Origin: an uncultured Alphaproteobacteria bacterium
GTDB taxonomy: Bacteria > Pseudomonadota > Alphaproteobacteria > JAGOMX01
DNA length: 64,000 nucleotides
Direction: 5' to 3'
Assembly (NCBI GenBank): GCA_963780985.1
Contig: CAWAEF010000015.1
Coordinates: 6,839-70,838 of the forward strand
Shown: positions 53,552-63,400 of the stretch, piece after piece
Layout: each line of letters starts with the position of its first letter
Position numbering within the stretch: position 1 is the stretch's first letter
Position numbers and translations under genes: made by a program
The notes under the pieces: model-generated
What the model was told of the DNA's origin: nothing
The model's database searches: none
What the model saw: the letters and a program-made list of their open reading frames with translations, nothing else

Positions 53552-53673
53552 CAACTCATCTAGCACGTCATCTACGTGCGAAAGTCTGCGCTCCGGTGCT
53601 CACGTACCCAAAAGTACGCTCCGCTCCGGTGCTCAACTTTCACACGTAGCTAATGCACTAGCTGAGTTGTTAA
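53549..53673 (+). repeat. Family B copy B7 (long form)
   Basis: Its first three nt are the xseB TAA stop. It ends 24 nt before the yggT ATG. Confidence 0.9.
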
Positions 53674-53697
53674 GAAAAAGAAACTGGGAGAGCTAAA

Positions 53698-53997
53698 ATG
53701 GACGTCATTTTAATACCACTATTTAACCTGATCATGACTGTACTCGTTATGTATTTCTGGATCGTAATTCTGTCGGTTGTCATGAGTTGGTTGCTTGTGT
53801 TTGGGGTCGTGAATACCGGCAATCAGTTCGTATCAACTTTGAGCGACTTTTTTTACAGGGTGACTGAGCCCGCATTAAGACCAATACGCAGGATTCTGCC
53901 CAATTTGGGGGGGCTAGACATTTCTCCCCTGGTACTGTTGTTAATCATTCATTTTTTGGAGCAGTTCCTAGAACTGCTGTTTAGGAAGCTAATATAA
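53698..53997 (+). CDS. yggT: YggT-family membrane protein
   Basis: 99 aa with two TM segments and the LRPIRRILP..GGLDISPL motif. Confidence 0.85.
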   Translation: MDVILIPLFNLIMTVLVMYFWIVILSVVMSWLLVFGVVNTGNQFVSTLSDFFYRVTEPALRPIRRILPNLGGLDISPLVLLLIIHFLEQFLELLFRKLI

Positions 53998-54017
53998 TTG
54001 GAGTTCTTTAAAACACA

Positions 54018-54914
54018 ATGGCACATTTAATAGATGGACGAGCTTGTGCGCGGCAGATCAAGCATTTGATCGCGCAGGAGCTCGCCGAGCTTAGTCAGTT
54101 TGGTAAACCAGGGTTAGCAATAGTTCAGATCGCTGATAATCCAGCGAGTAAAGTATACGTGCGCGCTAAGATTAAGCAGGCAGAAGAAGTGGGCTTGTCG
54201 GCTCACACCTTACATTTTCCTGAATCCGTGACCCAAGAGCATGTATTAGCCCTCATTGATACACTCAATGGGGATGCAAGCATTAACGGCATTATTGTGC
54301 AGTTGCCTCTACCGGCGCATTTGGATCCCTTGGTGGTTGTCAATCGCATCAGGTCTGATAAGGATGTAGATGGATTGTCTGTTATCAACGCAGGACGTCT
54401 TTCTATGGGGCTTGATGGTTTTGTGCCATGTACGCCTCTTGGCTGCTTGATATTGTTGCAGCGTCTATTCGAAAGTCTTGAGGGTAAACACGCCGCTATT
54501 ATTGGCCGATCCAATTTAGTAGGAAAACCCTTGGCCCAGTTATTGCTGAGCAAAAACTGCACAGTCTCTATTCTCCATTCTAAAACAGTTCATCCCGAGG
54601 AATTAACCAGGCAAGCAGATATCGTCATTTCGGCCGTGGGCAAGCCTCAGCTTGTTACGGGGGATTGGATAAAACCTGGTGCTGTCGTATTGGACGTAGG
54701 TATAAACCGCTTGGGTGAAAATATGTTAGTGGGTGATGTGGATTTCAATTCCGTGGGGCCCATTGCCGGCTACCTGACGCCAGTGCCCGGTGGGGTGGGG
54801 CCTATGACAGTTGCCTGCCTATTATTAAATACGGTTCTCGCCATGGCTAAGCAAAACAATCTGAAACTGAAATACCTACCTTCAAACCCAGTGGATGGTG
54901 TGCTATGTCACTAA
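54018..54914 (+). CDS. folD: Bifunctional methylenetetrahydrofolate dehydrogenase/cyclohydrolase
   Basis: SKVYVRAK, GIIVQLPLP, GRSNLVGKP, PGGVGPMT. Confidence 0.95.
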   Translation: MAHLIDGRACARQIKHLIAQELAELSQFGKPGLAIVQIADNPASKVYVRAKIKQAEEVGLSAHTLHFPESVTQEHVLALIDTLNGDASINGIIVQLPLPAHLDPLVVVNRIRSDKDVDGLSVINAGRLSMGLDGFVPCTPLGCLILLQRLFESLEGKHAAIIGRSNLVGKPLAQLLLSKNCTVSILHSKTVHPEELTRQADIVISAVGKPQLVTGDWIKPGAVVLDVGINRLGENMLVGDVDFNSVGPIAGYLTPVPGGVGPMTVACLLLNTVLAMAKQNNLKLKYLPSNPVDGVLCH

Positions 54915-55375
54915 TCACGCCTGATGAACTTAAAATCTTATGTGATAAGAGTAAGGGGCGTTTATTAGGCCTGGACGTGGGTTCTAAAAATGTTGGACTA
55001 GCACTGTCGGATAAAGGTCATATTATTGCAACGCCTTACTATGTGCTTGAGCGATTAGGTTGGAAGAAAGATTTGCCATACTTGGTTAACTTGATCCATG
55101 CGCAGGATGTTGTTGCATGTGTGGTAGGCTGGCCCATAAATATGGATGGAAGCATAGGTGAACGATGTGCTTATGTCATGGAATTTTATGAAAAGATGCA
55201 AGAGGCCATCGATATCCCTGTCCTTTTTTGGGACGAGCGTCTGTCAACCATTGCGGCCGAGCGCGTTCTTCTGGAAGCGGATATGTCCCGCAAAAGACGA
55301 AGTGAAGTGGTGGATAAGATGGCTGCCAGCTACATCTTGCAAGGAGTATTGGACAGACTACGCAAGATGAGTTAA
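54905..55375 (+). CDS. ruvX: Putative pre-16S rRNA nuclease / Holliday junction resolvase-like YqgF
   Basis: GLDVGSKNVGLALSD and DERLST motifs. Confidence 0.9.
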   Translation: MSLITPDELKILCDKSKGRLLGLDVGSKNVGLALSDKGHIIATPYYVLERLGWKKDLPYLVNLIHAQDVVACVVGWPINMDGSIGERCAYVMEFYEKMQEAIDIPVLFWDERLSTIAAERVLLEADMSRKRRSEVVDKMAASYILQGVLDRLRKMS

Positions 55376-55384
55376 ATTACCCAA

Positions 55385-55508
55385 GAACAACTCATCTAGC
55401 ACGTCATCTACGTGCGAAAGCCTGCGCTCCGGTGCTCACGTACCCAAAAGTACGCTCCGCTCCGGTGCTCGGCTTTCGCACGTAGCTAACGCACTATCTG
55501 AGTTGTTA
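55385..55508 (+). repeat. Family B copy B8 (long form)
   Basis: It starts 9 nt after the ruvX stop and ends about 27-33 nt before the trhO start. Confidence 0.9.
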
Positions 55509-55535
55509 GGAATATAATGCTTATTTGTTCGGATA

Positions 55536-56465
55536 TTGAATATGACAAACTACGTCGTCGCCGCTCTTTATAAATTTGTACACCTGCCTGATTACAAGCA
55601 GCTGCAAGAGCCTCTGCTTTCGTTGTGCCGTGAACATCAAGTAAAAGGAACGCTATTATTGGCCGAAGAAGGCATCAATGGCACCGTTGCTGGTAGCCGG
55701 GAAGGAATCGATGCGCTGGGTGCTTTCCTGCGAGAGGATGGCCGTTTCGAAGGGTTGGAATACAAAGAGTCCTTTGCTGAAAAGCAACCTTTCTTCAGGA
55801 TACGCGTCAGACTAAAAAAAGAGATTGTGACGTTGGGCGTGCCTGGAACAGATCCAGTCAAAACTGTTGGGACGTATGTAGATCCCCAGCAGTGGAACGA
55901 GCTACTCAATGACCCTGAGGTCGTTGTGATCGACACGAGAAATAAATACGAAGTAGATGTGGGCATTTTCAAGAACGCCATTAATCCTGAGACAGATTCA
56001 TTCCGTGAATTTCCAAAATTTGTAAAGACGAACCTTGATCCTGCAAAGCACAAAAAAGTTGCTATGTACTGCACGGGGGGAATTCGATGCGAGAAAGCGT
56101 CGTCCTTCATGTTAGATCAGGGTTTCGAAGAAGTGTTTCATCTTAAGGGCGGTATCCTGAAATATCTGGAGAATACACCTGAGGATGAAAATTTGTGGCA
56201 GGGAGAGTGCTTCGTCTTTGATCAGCGCGTTTCGGTTGTTGAAGGTCTAGCGCCCGGTGAGTTTGACCAGTGCCACGGGTGCCGCCATCCGATTAGTCTT
56301 CAGGAGAAAGAATCCGAAAAGTATGAATTGGGTGTTTGTTGCCCCCATTGCTATGATACAATAGATGCACGTAAGCGCCAGCGAGCAGCCAGCCGCCATA
56401 AACAGATGGTCTTGGCGAGGCAGCGTAATCAGCAACATCTCGGGGCAGAACTTAAACGTAATTGA
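55536..56465 (+). CDS. trhO: Rhodanese-domain tRNA uridine(34) hydroxylase TrhO/YceA
   Basis: [11 protein letters not shown] active-site loop and a C-terminal Cys cluster. ATG 55542 is the likelier start. Confidence 0.85.
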   Translation: MNMTNYVVAALYKFVHLPDYKQLQEPLLSLCREHQVKGTLLLAEEGINGTVAGSREGIDALGAFLREDGRFEGLEYKESFAEKQPFFRIRVRLKKEIVTLGVPGTDPVKTVGTYVDPQQWNELLNDPEVVVIDTRNKYEVDVGIFKNAINPETDSFREFPKFVKTNLDPAKHKKVAMYCTGGIRCEKASSFMLDQGFEEVFHLKGGILKYLENTPEDENLWQGECFVFDQRVSVVEGLAPGEFDQCHGCRHPISLQEKESEKYELGVCCPHCYDTIDARKRQRAASRHKQMVLARQRNQQHLGAELKRN

Positions 56466-56477
56466 GGGATAAGAATC

Positions 56478-57149
56478 ATGTCGCTACCGATACTATATTC
56501 TTATTTAGATAGCCCCTATTGCATGCGCGCGCGCATGGCGATTGCCCGCTCAGGTGTTAGTTGTGATATGCGTGAGATAAACCCGAAATCCATGCCTCAG
56601 GCCATGATGGATTTATCGCCCAAAGGATCAGTGCCGGTTGTGCTTTTGCCAGAAGGAAAGGTCTTGGATGAAAGTATCGACATCATGCGTTGGGCCTTGG
56701 GCCGGAACGATCCTGAAGGTTGGTTGAATCATCCTGAGGATGAGGTTCACAAGCTAATCCAGATTAACGATGAGCAATTTGTCCAAGCCGTGCTGCAATA
56801 TAAATATCCCGAGCGTTATGAAGATATATCCGTCGAAAAAGCCCGTGACACGGGTTTTGAGTTTTTGAAAGACTTGGAGGTTCGAATTGCTGCCAAGGGT
56901 TTTGTCATAGGGGAAACCGCTTCCTTGGCGGACATCGCAATCTTTCCTTTTGTACGCAAGTTCGCGTTGGTTGATTGGATGTGGTTTGATGATTGTGGAT
57001 TGATCCGATTGAAAATCTGGCTCAATTATTTTATGGACAGCGAGCTGTTCAGTGTTGTGATGGAAAATTACTCCCCCTGGCAACCAGGCGATCCCGTTGA
57101 TGTATTCCCGATCTTTGATTCAAACAAAAGAACTTCTGCTTGGGCTTGA
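56478..57149 (+). CDS. Glutathione S-transferase-family protein
   Basis: Thioredoxin-like N-terminus (SPYCMRARMA, VPVV) and a helical C-terminal domain. Confidence 0.65.
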   Translation: MSLPILYSYLDSPYCMRARMAIARSGVSCDMREINPKSMPQAMMDLSPKGSVPVVLLPEGKVLDESIDIMRWALGRNDPEGWLNHPEDEVHKLIQINDEQFVQAVLQYKYPERYEDISVEKARDTGFEFLKDLEVRIAAKGFVIGETASLADIAIFPFVRKFALVDWMWFDDCGLIRLKIWLNYFMDSELFSVVMENYSPWQPGDPVDVFPIFDSNKRTSAWA

Positions 57150-57283
57150 GTGCTAACTGTCTTCTGCTAGCATTTAATTAAAATTATGTATTTTACATAT
57201 GCTGTTTGGCCTGTTAGTATATCCTTAACCTATCCGCTCTATAATTCGAGTGCGAAGTTGATTTAAACCTATGAGGAAATGAC

Positions 57284-57580
57284 ATGAAGAACGTAAGCAA
57301 ACTAGCATTATTGGCAGGTCTAGCTCTCCTGTTTTCAGGCGAAGAAGCATCTGCTTGGTGGAAGAAGGGTGATGCAGGTAAAGCTGCTGAGACCAAGAAG
57401 GAAGAAACTACAACAACAACAACTACTACAACTGCAAAGACCGCTGATGCTGCAAAGCCTGCAGACGCAGCAAAGCCTGCAGAAGCTGCTAAGCCAGCCG
57501 AAGTTGTTGTTACTCCAGCAACACCAGCTACGCCAGCAGTTCCAGCTGAACCTGCTAAGCCAGCTGAGCCTGCTAAGTAA
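57284..57580 (+). CDS. Small secreted low-complexity protein (poly-Thr, AAKPA and PATPA repeats)
   Basis: GAGGA RBS, signal peptide MKNVSKLALLAGLALLFSGEEASA, and a strong terminator downstream. Confidence 0.6.
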   Translation: MKNVSKLALLAGLALLFSGEEASAWWKKGDAGKAAETKKEETTTTTTTTTAKTADAAKPADAAKPAEAAKPAEVVVTPATPATPAVPAEPAKPAEPAK

Positions 57581-57627
57581 TAAAAATAATCTAGCTGCTT
57601 GAAATCTTCGGCAGTTAAGTTAATTAA

Positions 57628-57655
57628 AGTGGCGGGTTTTCCCGCCACTTTTTTT
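57628..57655 (+). terminator. Rho-independent terminator (probably bidirectional)
   Basis: AGTGGCGGG tttt CCCGCCACT followed by TTTTTT. Lies between convergent genes. Confidence 0.9.
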
Positions 57656-57660
57656 GCGTC

Positions 57661-59358
57661 CTAATCCATCACAAACCCTTGGCCGCGATTAGATTTTTTA
57701 TTGGGCTTAACCGCACCTTTAGGCTGCTCTTGTTTGTTACCCTTTTTGGCCTGTTTCTTGGCCTTAATCTCATCGGCTCGAGAGAGCCCCGTTTTTGGTT
57801 TCTTGCCGAGAATCATCGCATAATAATCATCGATGCTGCCATCGAATTTCGTGACTTGCTGATCAGCCACCAGCCAATAGCGGTCAACCGTGTGTTCAAG
57901 GATATAGCGATCGTGGGTAATGAGGATCACTGCGCCATTAAAATCATTGATAGCCACAATCAGACTTTCACGGCTGGCCATGTCTAAGTGGTTGGTAGGC
58001 TCGTCCAAAATCAAAATATTTGGTTTCATGGCTGAAATCACCGACAGATTTAACCTTGCCTTCTCACCACCAGATAGGCTTTTAACCTTAGTGATGGCCA
58101 TATCTTTGGTAATTCCAAAACGGCCCAGCTGGGCGCGAACGGCCTCGGGCTTGGCACCCTTCATGTGCTGTGCTAAATGATCGTAGGCTGTCAGATCGCC
58201 CTCCATGGCATCGATCTGATGCTGGTGGAAGTAGCCGACCTTTAGCTTCGGGTGATGAATCACATCCCCTGACATGGGCTGTAAATAACCGGCAAGGAGG
58301 TTGGCAAAGGTCGTCTTACCGTTACCATTCCGCCCTAAAAGCGCAATACGATCTTCCGGATCAATACGACAGCTGAGGTTTTTTAGAACGACCTTATCTC
58401 CATATCCTACAGAAGCCTTTTCCATCGTAATCATCGGCGGAGAGACATCATCGGCCGGCGGGAACGAGAGTCGTACGTTGCTCTCGTCTCTCAATACCGA
58501 TAAAGGTTCAAACTTCTCGAGCATCTTGATGCGGCTTTGTACCATGGAGGCCTTTGAAGACTTTGCCCTGAAGCGGTCAATAAAGCCTTGGATGTGCTGG
58601 CGCGCGGCTTGCTGCTTTTTAACGGCGGCTTCCTGCAGCAGCATATGTTCCTTCTGAGTTTTCTCGAAGAAATCATAGTTACCGTTATAGAGCTTTAAAG
58701 ATTTATGGCTCAGATTGTAGATTCGGTCCACCACTGAGTTCAACAAGTATCGGTCATGGCTGATAATCAACAGGCTCCGTGGATAGCTTTTCAGATAAGA
58801 CTCAAGCCACGCTGTTGCTTCCAGGTCCAAGTGGTTGGTGGGCTCGTCCAGAAGCAGCAGGTCCGGTTCACAAAACAACGCCGCGGCCAAGGCCACACGC
58901 ATACGCCACCCACCTGAGAATGAGGACAGGGGTCTGTGTTGTTCTTCTTCGGAAAAGCCTAGGCCTAGGAGGATCTTGGCTGCCCGTGTAGGTGCCTCGT
59001 AGGCATTGATGTCAATAAGCTGCTGATGGATCTCGGCCAGTCGGAATGGGTCAGCATTACATTCCAACTCGTTTAGAAGATCATGGCGCTCCTTGTGGCT
59101 CTCCAGCACAAATTCCAAAGGCGTCGCATTGGTGGCAGGCATTTCCTGGGCCACCGTGGCGATCTTAACTTCACCTTGAAGTGCCAGTTTGCCTTCATCC
59201 ACATGGATCTCGCCGCAAATTAGTTTGAAAAGGGTCGTTTTACCACTACCATTGCGCCCTACTAGGCCCATGCGGTGGTTGGATGGAATGTGGACGGACA
59301 TATTCTCAAATATGGTCCGGCCAGCGATACGGTATGTGACGTTTTGAATATCTAACAT
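57661..59358 (-). CDS. ABC-F family ATPase (two ABC domains, basic C-terminal tail)
   Basis: GRNGSGKTT and GRNGNGKTT, two LSGG signatures, no TM domain. Start taken at ATG 59358. Confidence 0.9.
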   Translation of the reverse strand: MLDIQNVTYRIAGRTIFENMSVHIPSNHRMGLVGRNGSGKTTLFKLICGEIHVDEGKLALQGEVKIATVAQEMPATNATPLEFVLESHKERHDLLNELECNADPFRLAEIHQQLIDINAYEAPTRAAKILLGLGFSEEEQHRPLSSFSGGWRMRVALAAALFCEPDLLLLDEPTNHLDLEATAWLESYLKSYPRSLLIISHDRYLLNSVVDRIYNLSHKSLKLYNGNYDFFEKTQKEHMLLQEAAVKKQQAARQHIQGFIDRFRAKSSKASMVQSRIKMLEKFEPLSVLRDESNVRLSFPPADDVSPPMITMEKASVGYGDKVVLKNLSCRIDPEDRIALLGRNGNGKTTFANLLAGYLQPMSGDVIHHPKLKVGYFHQHQIDAMEGDLTAYDHLAQHMKGAKPEAVRAQLGRFGITKDMAITKVKSLSGGEKARLNLSVISAMKPNILILDEPTNHLDMASRESLIVAINDFNGAVILITHDRYILEHTVDRYWLVADQQVTKFDGSIDDYYAMILGKKPKTGLSRADEIKAKKQAKKGNKQEQPKGAVKPNKKSNRGQGFVMD

Positions 59359-59484
59359 TGTCTTTCTCAATCATTTCAGGACGATCATGATAACACAAAT
59401 GTGCTGAATAGGTTACTGAATTTAGTTGTATATATGCGCTAATTCATCGGATAGCGAAAGATTTAGACATCTAGTTTCTGAATT

Positions 59485-59811
59485 ATGTTACACTCCGGGC
59501 ATGAATCAGTAATGGAGTTTATTCATATGGATAAGATCTTAAATCTTGATGGGCATGTGGTGATCTTTACAAAGCCACGATGTCCTTATTGTGATAGAGC
59601 TAAGATGCTCTTGAAAAAGAAGGGTGTGAGCTATCTCGAACATGACGTGGGAGATGACCCCGTACAACGGGAAGAGCTGGTGAGGATTACCAATGGCAGC
59701 AGGACAGTGCCCCAGATATTCGTAAATGGTCAATATGTGGGCGTATGTGACGATCTGTATGCTCTTGAGAGCCAGGGCAAGTTGGATCAGGTTTTAAAGA
59801 CAAAGCCATGA
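59485..59811 (+). CDS. grxC: Glutaredoxin 3
   Basis: CPYC active site and TVPQIF..G..VGG-like motif. The real start is probably ATG 59512 or 59527. Confidence 0.9.
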   Translation: MLHSGHESVMEFIHMDKILNLDGHVVIFTKPRCPYCDRAKMLLKKKGVSYLEHDVGDDPVQREELVRITNGSRTVPQIFVNGQYVGVCDDLYALESQGKLDQVLKTKP

Positions 59812-60227
59812 TCAAGTTTCTCTTGCGCTGTTACAACGGTCACGAGTTTGATTCCTGGTTTCTAGATAGTGACAGCTATGCCAAACAGCAGACCATGAAG
59901 CTGGTGGCTTGCCCCCATTGCGGAATTTGCGAAGTAGCTAAAGCCATCACAGCCCCCAATGTCATACGCTCCGCCAAGGGTGAGCACTCCCAACCGATGC
60001 TACATCCAGAGCAGCAAGCCAAGCTTATGTTGCGGGAGTGGACGTCCTTCGTGAAGAGTAATTTTGAAGATGTGGGTAAGCGCTTTTCAGATGAGGTGCG
60101 CCTCATCCATAATGGCGAGTCCGAAGCGCGCTCCATATTTGGTCAAGCCACTCTAGGCGAGGCTCTCCAACTGCATGAAGAGGGTATCGAAATTAACCTA
60201 CTGCCAGAACTACCTACTGATTCCTAA
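59808..60227 (+). CDS. DUF1178-family zinc-ribbon protein
   Basis: MIKF.LRC..GHEFDSWF N-terminus and CPHCG. ATGA overlap with grx. Confidence 0.8.
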   Translation: MIKFLLRCYNGHEFDSWFLDSDSYAKQQTMKLVACPHCGICEVAKAITAPNVIRSAKGEHSQPMLHPEQQAKLMLREWTSFVKSNFEDVGKRFSDEVRLIHNGESEARSIFGQATLGEALQLHEEGIEINLLPELPTDS

Positions 60228-60967
60228 GCAGGCTTTCTAGCCGCAAGCATATAATTTACCCCATCTCTTGAAGATTTTACCCATTGGCCCTGAAGCGGGT
60301 CGAACAATACGCCCGTATGAGCGAATACTTCCATACCGTTCTCATTCAAGGCTGAATTGAGTTCTTGGGGCGTCACGAACTTATCCCACTGATGCGTCCC
60401 CTTGGGTACCCACTTCAAGATGTGTTCTGCGGCAACGATGCCGAGAAGATAAGACTTCCAGGTCCTGTTGATCGTGCTGAGAAAGATCAATCCGCCTGGC
60501 TTGACCAGTTTTGTACAGCTCGCTATGAAAGAATTCACATCGGCCACATGCTCGACGATTTCCATGGCGAGAACGACATCATAAGTCCCTTGCTGGTCTT
60601 CAGCGGTCGAGAATTGGTAATCGATATCCAGGCCTGATTCTTCCATATGATGACGTGCCAAAGGAATGTTTTCAGCGGTGGCGTCGATGCCCTTAACCTT
60701 GGCTCCCATTCTTGCCATGGGCTCGGAAAGTAGGCCGCCGCCGCAACCGATGTCAATTACGGTGATCCCTTGCAAGGGTTTGTTCGCATTTTCCTCTGGT
60801 TTGAGGTGCTGAATAATATAATCCCGAATAAAAGCAAGGCGCAACGGATTGAGCTGATGTAAGGCTTTATAGGGGCCATTTTCATCCCACCAAGTTTGGC
60901 TAAGGGTCTTGAAATGCTCAATTTCTTTGGGATCTACCGAATTTATTGGGGCTGTGGCATGTGACAT
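60224..60967 (-). CDS. ubiG: Bifunctional 3-demethylubiquinol 3-O-methyltransferase
   Basis: VIDIGCGGGLLSEPMA SAM motif and the W.DENGP..LH..NP N-terminus. Start taken at ATG 60967. Confidence 0.9.
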   Translation of the reverse strand: MSHATAPINSVDPKEIEHFKTLSQTWWDENGPYKALHQLNPLRLAFIRDYIIQHLKPEENANKPLQGITVIDIGCGGGLLSEPMARMGAKVKGIDATAENIPLARHHMEESGLDIDYQFSTAEDQQGTYDVVLAMEIVEHVADVNSFIASCTKLVKPGGLIFLSTINRTWKSYLLGIVAAEHILKWVPKGTHQWDKFVTPQELNSALNENGMEVFAHTGVLFDPLQGQWVKSSRDGVNYMLAARKPA

Positions 60968-61096
60968 AACTGTATTTCCATCTCGTTGCTTTGTATGGAG
61001 ATTAGCAAATTGTAAGGACAAAGTATCGAGATTTTCTTGCTGGTTTCCAGAATAAAGGTTATGAATGTAGAGCAATTCAACCATGAAGATAGAGCA

Positions 61097-62326
61097 ATGG
61101 CATTAGTCGTACAAAAATTCGGTGGAACTTCACTTGCAAGTGTGGATCGGATCAAGAGTGTGGCGCAACGGGTGATTGCTGAAATGGACCAGGGCCACCA
61201 AGTGGTTGTGGTGGTTTCGGCCATGGCCGGGGTCACAAACCAACTGGTTGGTTGGGCGCATCAATGTGCCAATCATCAGTTAACCGCAACCGAATATGAT
61301 GTGGTGGTGTCCTCCGGTGAACAAGTTACAGCGGGCCTCATGGCCCTTGCTCTTAATGATCTGGGTGTGAAATCTCGATCATGGCTGTCGTGGCAGCTTC
61401 CCATTCATACGGATAGGGCCTACAAAAACGCCAATATCGTCGATATAAACACCCGTGTACTGCAAGATTCTCTTGATCGGGGCGAGGTAGCCGTTGTTGC
61501 GGGCTTCCAAGGTATCAGCCCAGACGGAAGGCTTGCTACGATAGGCCGTGGTGGTTCGGATTATACGGCGGTGGCGCTTGCTGTAGCCATGAAAGCGAGT
61601 CGCTGTGACATCTATACAGATGTGGATGGCGTGTTTACGGCCGATCCTCGGTTGATAACGAATGCTCGGAAACTGGATCATTTGTCGTACCAAGATGTAC
61701 TGGATATAGCTGGCCATGGGGCAAAAGTTCTGCAACCTCAATCCATCGAGGCCGCCCAAGGCGGCAACGTACCGATCCGGGTTCTGTCCAGTTTCAATAA
61801 CAACGAAGGCACATTGGTTAGCACTTTGAGTCAAACCAGCGAATTCATTGCGGTGACCAGTCGTCGCGATCGGGCGATGTTTTCCGTTGAACTGAACGGT
61901 GATACGGCTGTGACCAGTAAGGAAATACAAGGCGTATTGACCGAAGCCTTTGTGGAAATTGACTACAATTGCCGTTTTGAACCGGCAGGTCAGACGTTAA
62001 CGATCGTGGTGGCCCATGATGATTATGAGGATGCACAAGCGGCTCTTAACCAATATGCCCGCAACGTGAAAGCACGTGTGGGAGCCATTCATACTTTTTC
62101 TCGCGTAGGCCAGGTGGCCGTGGTAGGTCGTATGGGTTCTAAGGCGGAAGAAATTGTATGCAAGGTTCGTGAGATCCTCAATGAACGTGAGGTCGAGATA
62201 TACCAGCTGAAGGCTGATGAGAGAGCTATCAGCATTTTATTGCCAGGTGAGAACATGGAAGAGGCGGTGAAGCTTCTTCATAAAGAATTTATTTTGAAAC
62301 AGACGTTAATTAAGGATGTAGCGTAA
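61097..62326 (+). CDS. lysC: Aspartate kinase
   Basis: VQKFGGTS, VVVVSAM, and two C-terminal ACT domains. Start taken at ATG 61097. Confidence 0.95.
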   Translation: MALVVQKFGGTSLASVDRIKSVAQRVIAEMDQGHQVVVVVSAMAGVTNQLVGWAHQCANHQLTATEYDVVVSSGEQVTAGLMALALNDLGVKSRSWLSWQLPIHTDRAYKNANIVDINTRVLQDSLDRGEVAVVAGFQGISPDGRLATIGRGGSDYTAVALAVAMKASRCDIYTDVDGVFTADPRLITNARKLDHLSYQDVLDIAGHGAKVLQPQSIEAAQGGNVPIRVLSSFNNNEGTLVSTLSQTSEFIAVTSRRDRAMFSVELNGDTAVTSKEIQGVLTEAFVEIDYNCRFEPAGQTLTIVVAHDDYEDAQAALNQYARNVKARVGAIHTFSRVGQVAVVGRMGSKAEEIVCKVREILNEREVEIYQLKADERAISILLPGENMEEAVKLLHKEFILKQTLIKDVA

Positions 62327-62329
62327 ATT

Positions 62330-63355
62330 ATGAGTCATTTAAAATCGTTGATGCAGCGTGGTTGCGAATTTTTAGGTTCCGAATATGCGATTCTGGGCGG
62401 GGCAATGACGTGGGTGTCCGAGCGGAATCTGGTCTCAGCTATCTCGAATGCAGGGGGCTTCGGTGTGGTAGCTTGTGGCGCGATGCCGCCAGAGATTCTG
62501 AAAAAGGAAATTCAGGCAACCAAGGGTTTGACCTCTAAACCTTTCGGTGTGAACCTGATCACCATGCACCCCGATTTGGAGCAGCTTGCGCAAATCTGTA
62601 TCGACGAAAAAGTCGGCCACGTGGTGCTCGCGGGAGGTTTGCCTCCGGCAACTGTTATCAAAAAACTGAAGGATGCGGGCGTAAAAGTTATTTGTTTCAC
62701 ACCGACGCTGGGTCTAGCTAAAAAGTTGATCCGCAGCGGCGCTGATGCTCTTGTCATTGAAGGCATGGAAGCTGGCGGACATATTGGTCCTGTATCTACA
62801 ACCGTTCTGGCCCAAGAGATCTTGCCTAATATCCGTGAGGTGCCCGTATTCGTTGCCGGTGGTATCGGTCGAGGAGAAAGCATCGTTACCTATTTAGAAA
62901 TGGGAGCAGCCGGTTGTCAGCTGGGCACCCGTTTTGTGTGTGCCACTGAATGTATTGCCCATGCAAAATTCAAGCAGTCTTTCATCCGGGCATCCGCTCG
63001 TGAGGCGGTCTTATCACCTCAAATAGATGCACGTTTTCCTGTTATTCCTGTCAGGGCATTAGCCAATGATGGCGTTAAGAGGTTTATGGAAACACAAAAA
63101 CGTGTTATTGATGAATTTGATAAAGGACTGTTAACCCAGATTGAAGCTCAACTTGAGATTGAGCACTTTTGGGCTGGTGCGCTGCGCCGGGCAGTTATTG
63201 ACGGGGATGTCGAAGGGGGATCGGTTATGGCTGGCCAAAGTGTCGGTCTGGTAACCAGAGAGCAAAGCACGGCAGAAATTATCGCCGAGTTGTTGGAACA
63301 AGCCACTCATCTTCTACAAAATCGTCAGCAGGAGGTTCTAGCAAAGGTAGTTTAA
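62330..63355 (+). CDS. Nitronate monooxygenase / FabK-like FMN-dependent oxidoreductase
   Basis: GGAMTWVS..LVSAISNAGGFGV and EGMEAGGH motifs. Confidence 0.8.
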   Translation: MSHLKSLMQRGCEFLGSEYAILGGAMTWVSERNLVSAISNAGGFGVVACGAMPPEILKKEIQATKGLTSKPFGVNLITMHPDLEQLAQICIDEKVGHVVLAGGLPPATVIKKLKDAGVKVICFTPTLGLAKKLIRSGADALVIEGMEAGGHIGPVSTTVLAQEILPNIREVPVFVAGGIGRGESIVTYLEMGAAGCQLGTRFVCATECIAHAKFKQSFIRASAREAVLSPQIDARFPVIPVRALANDGVKRFMETQKRVIDEFDKGLLTQIEAQLEIEHFWAGALRRAVIDGDVEGGSVMAGQSVGLVTREQSTAEIIAELLEQATHLLQNRQQEVLAKVV

Positions 63356-63400
63356 TTGCCGATACATGACGCACTAAATCACACAGACCAGGGGCGACTG

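Noticed and set aside
6975-55508. Family B elements as integron attC sites (imperfect palindromes in one orientation at the 3-prime ends of ORFs).
   Set aside because: The termini do not fit the RYYYAAC/GTTRRRY cores. The flanking genes are core housekeeping genes in conserved operons (dnaX-ybaB, folD-ruvX), not cassettes. No intI gene is present.
57214-57648. 144-aa minus-strand ORF overlapping the small secreted-protein gene.
   Set aside because: The plus-strand ORF has an RBS, a signal peptide and a terminator. The minus ORF runs through the terminator hairpin and owes its openness to Ala/Pro/Thr codon repeats.
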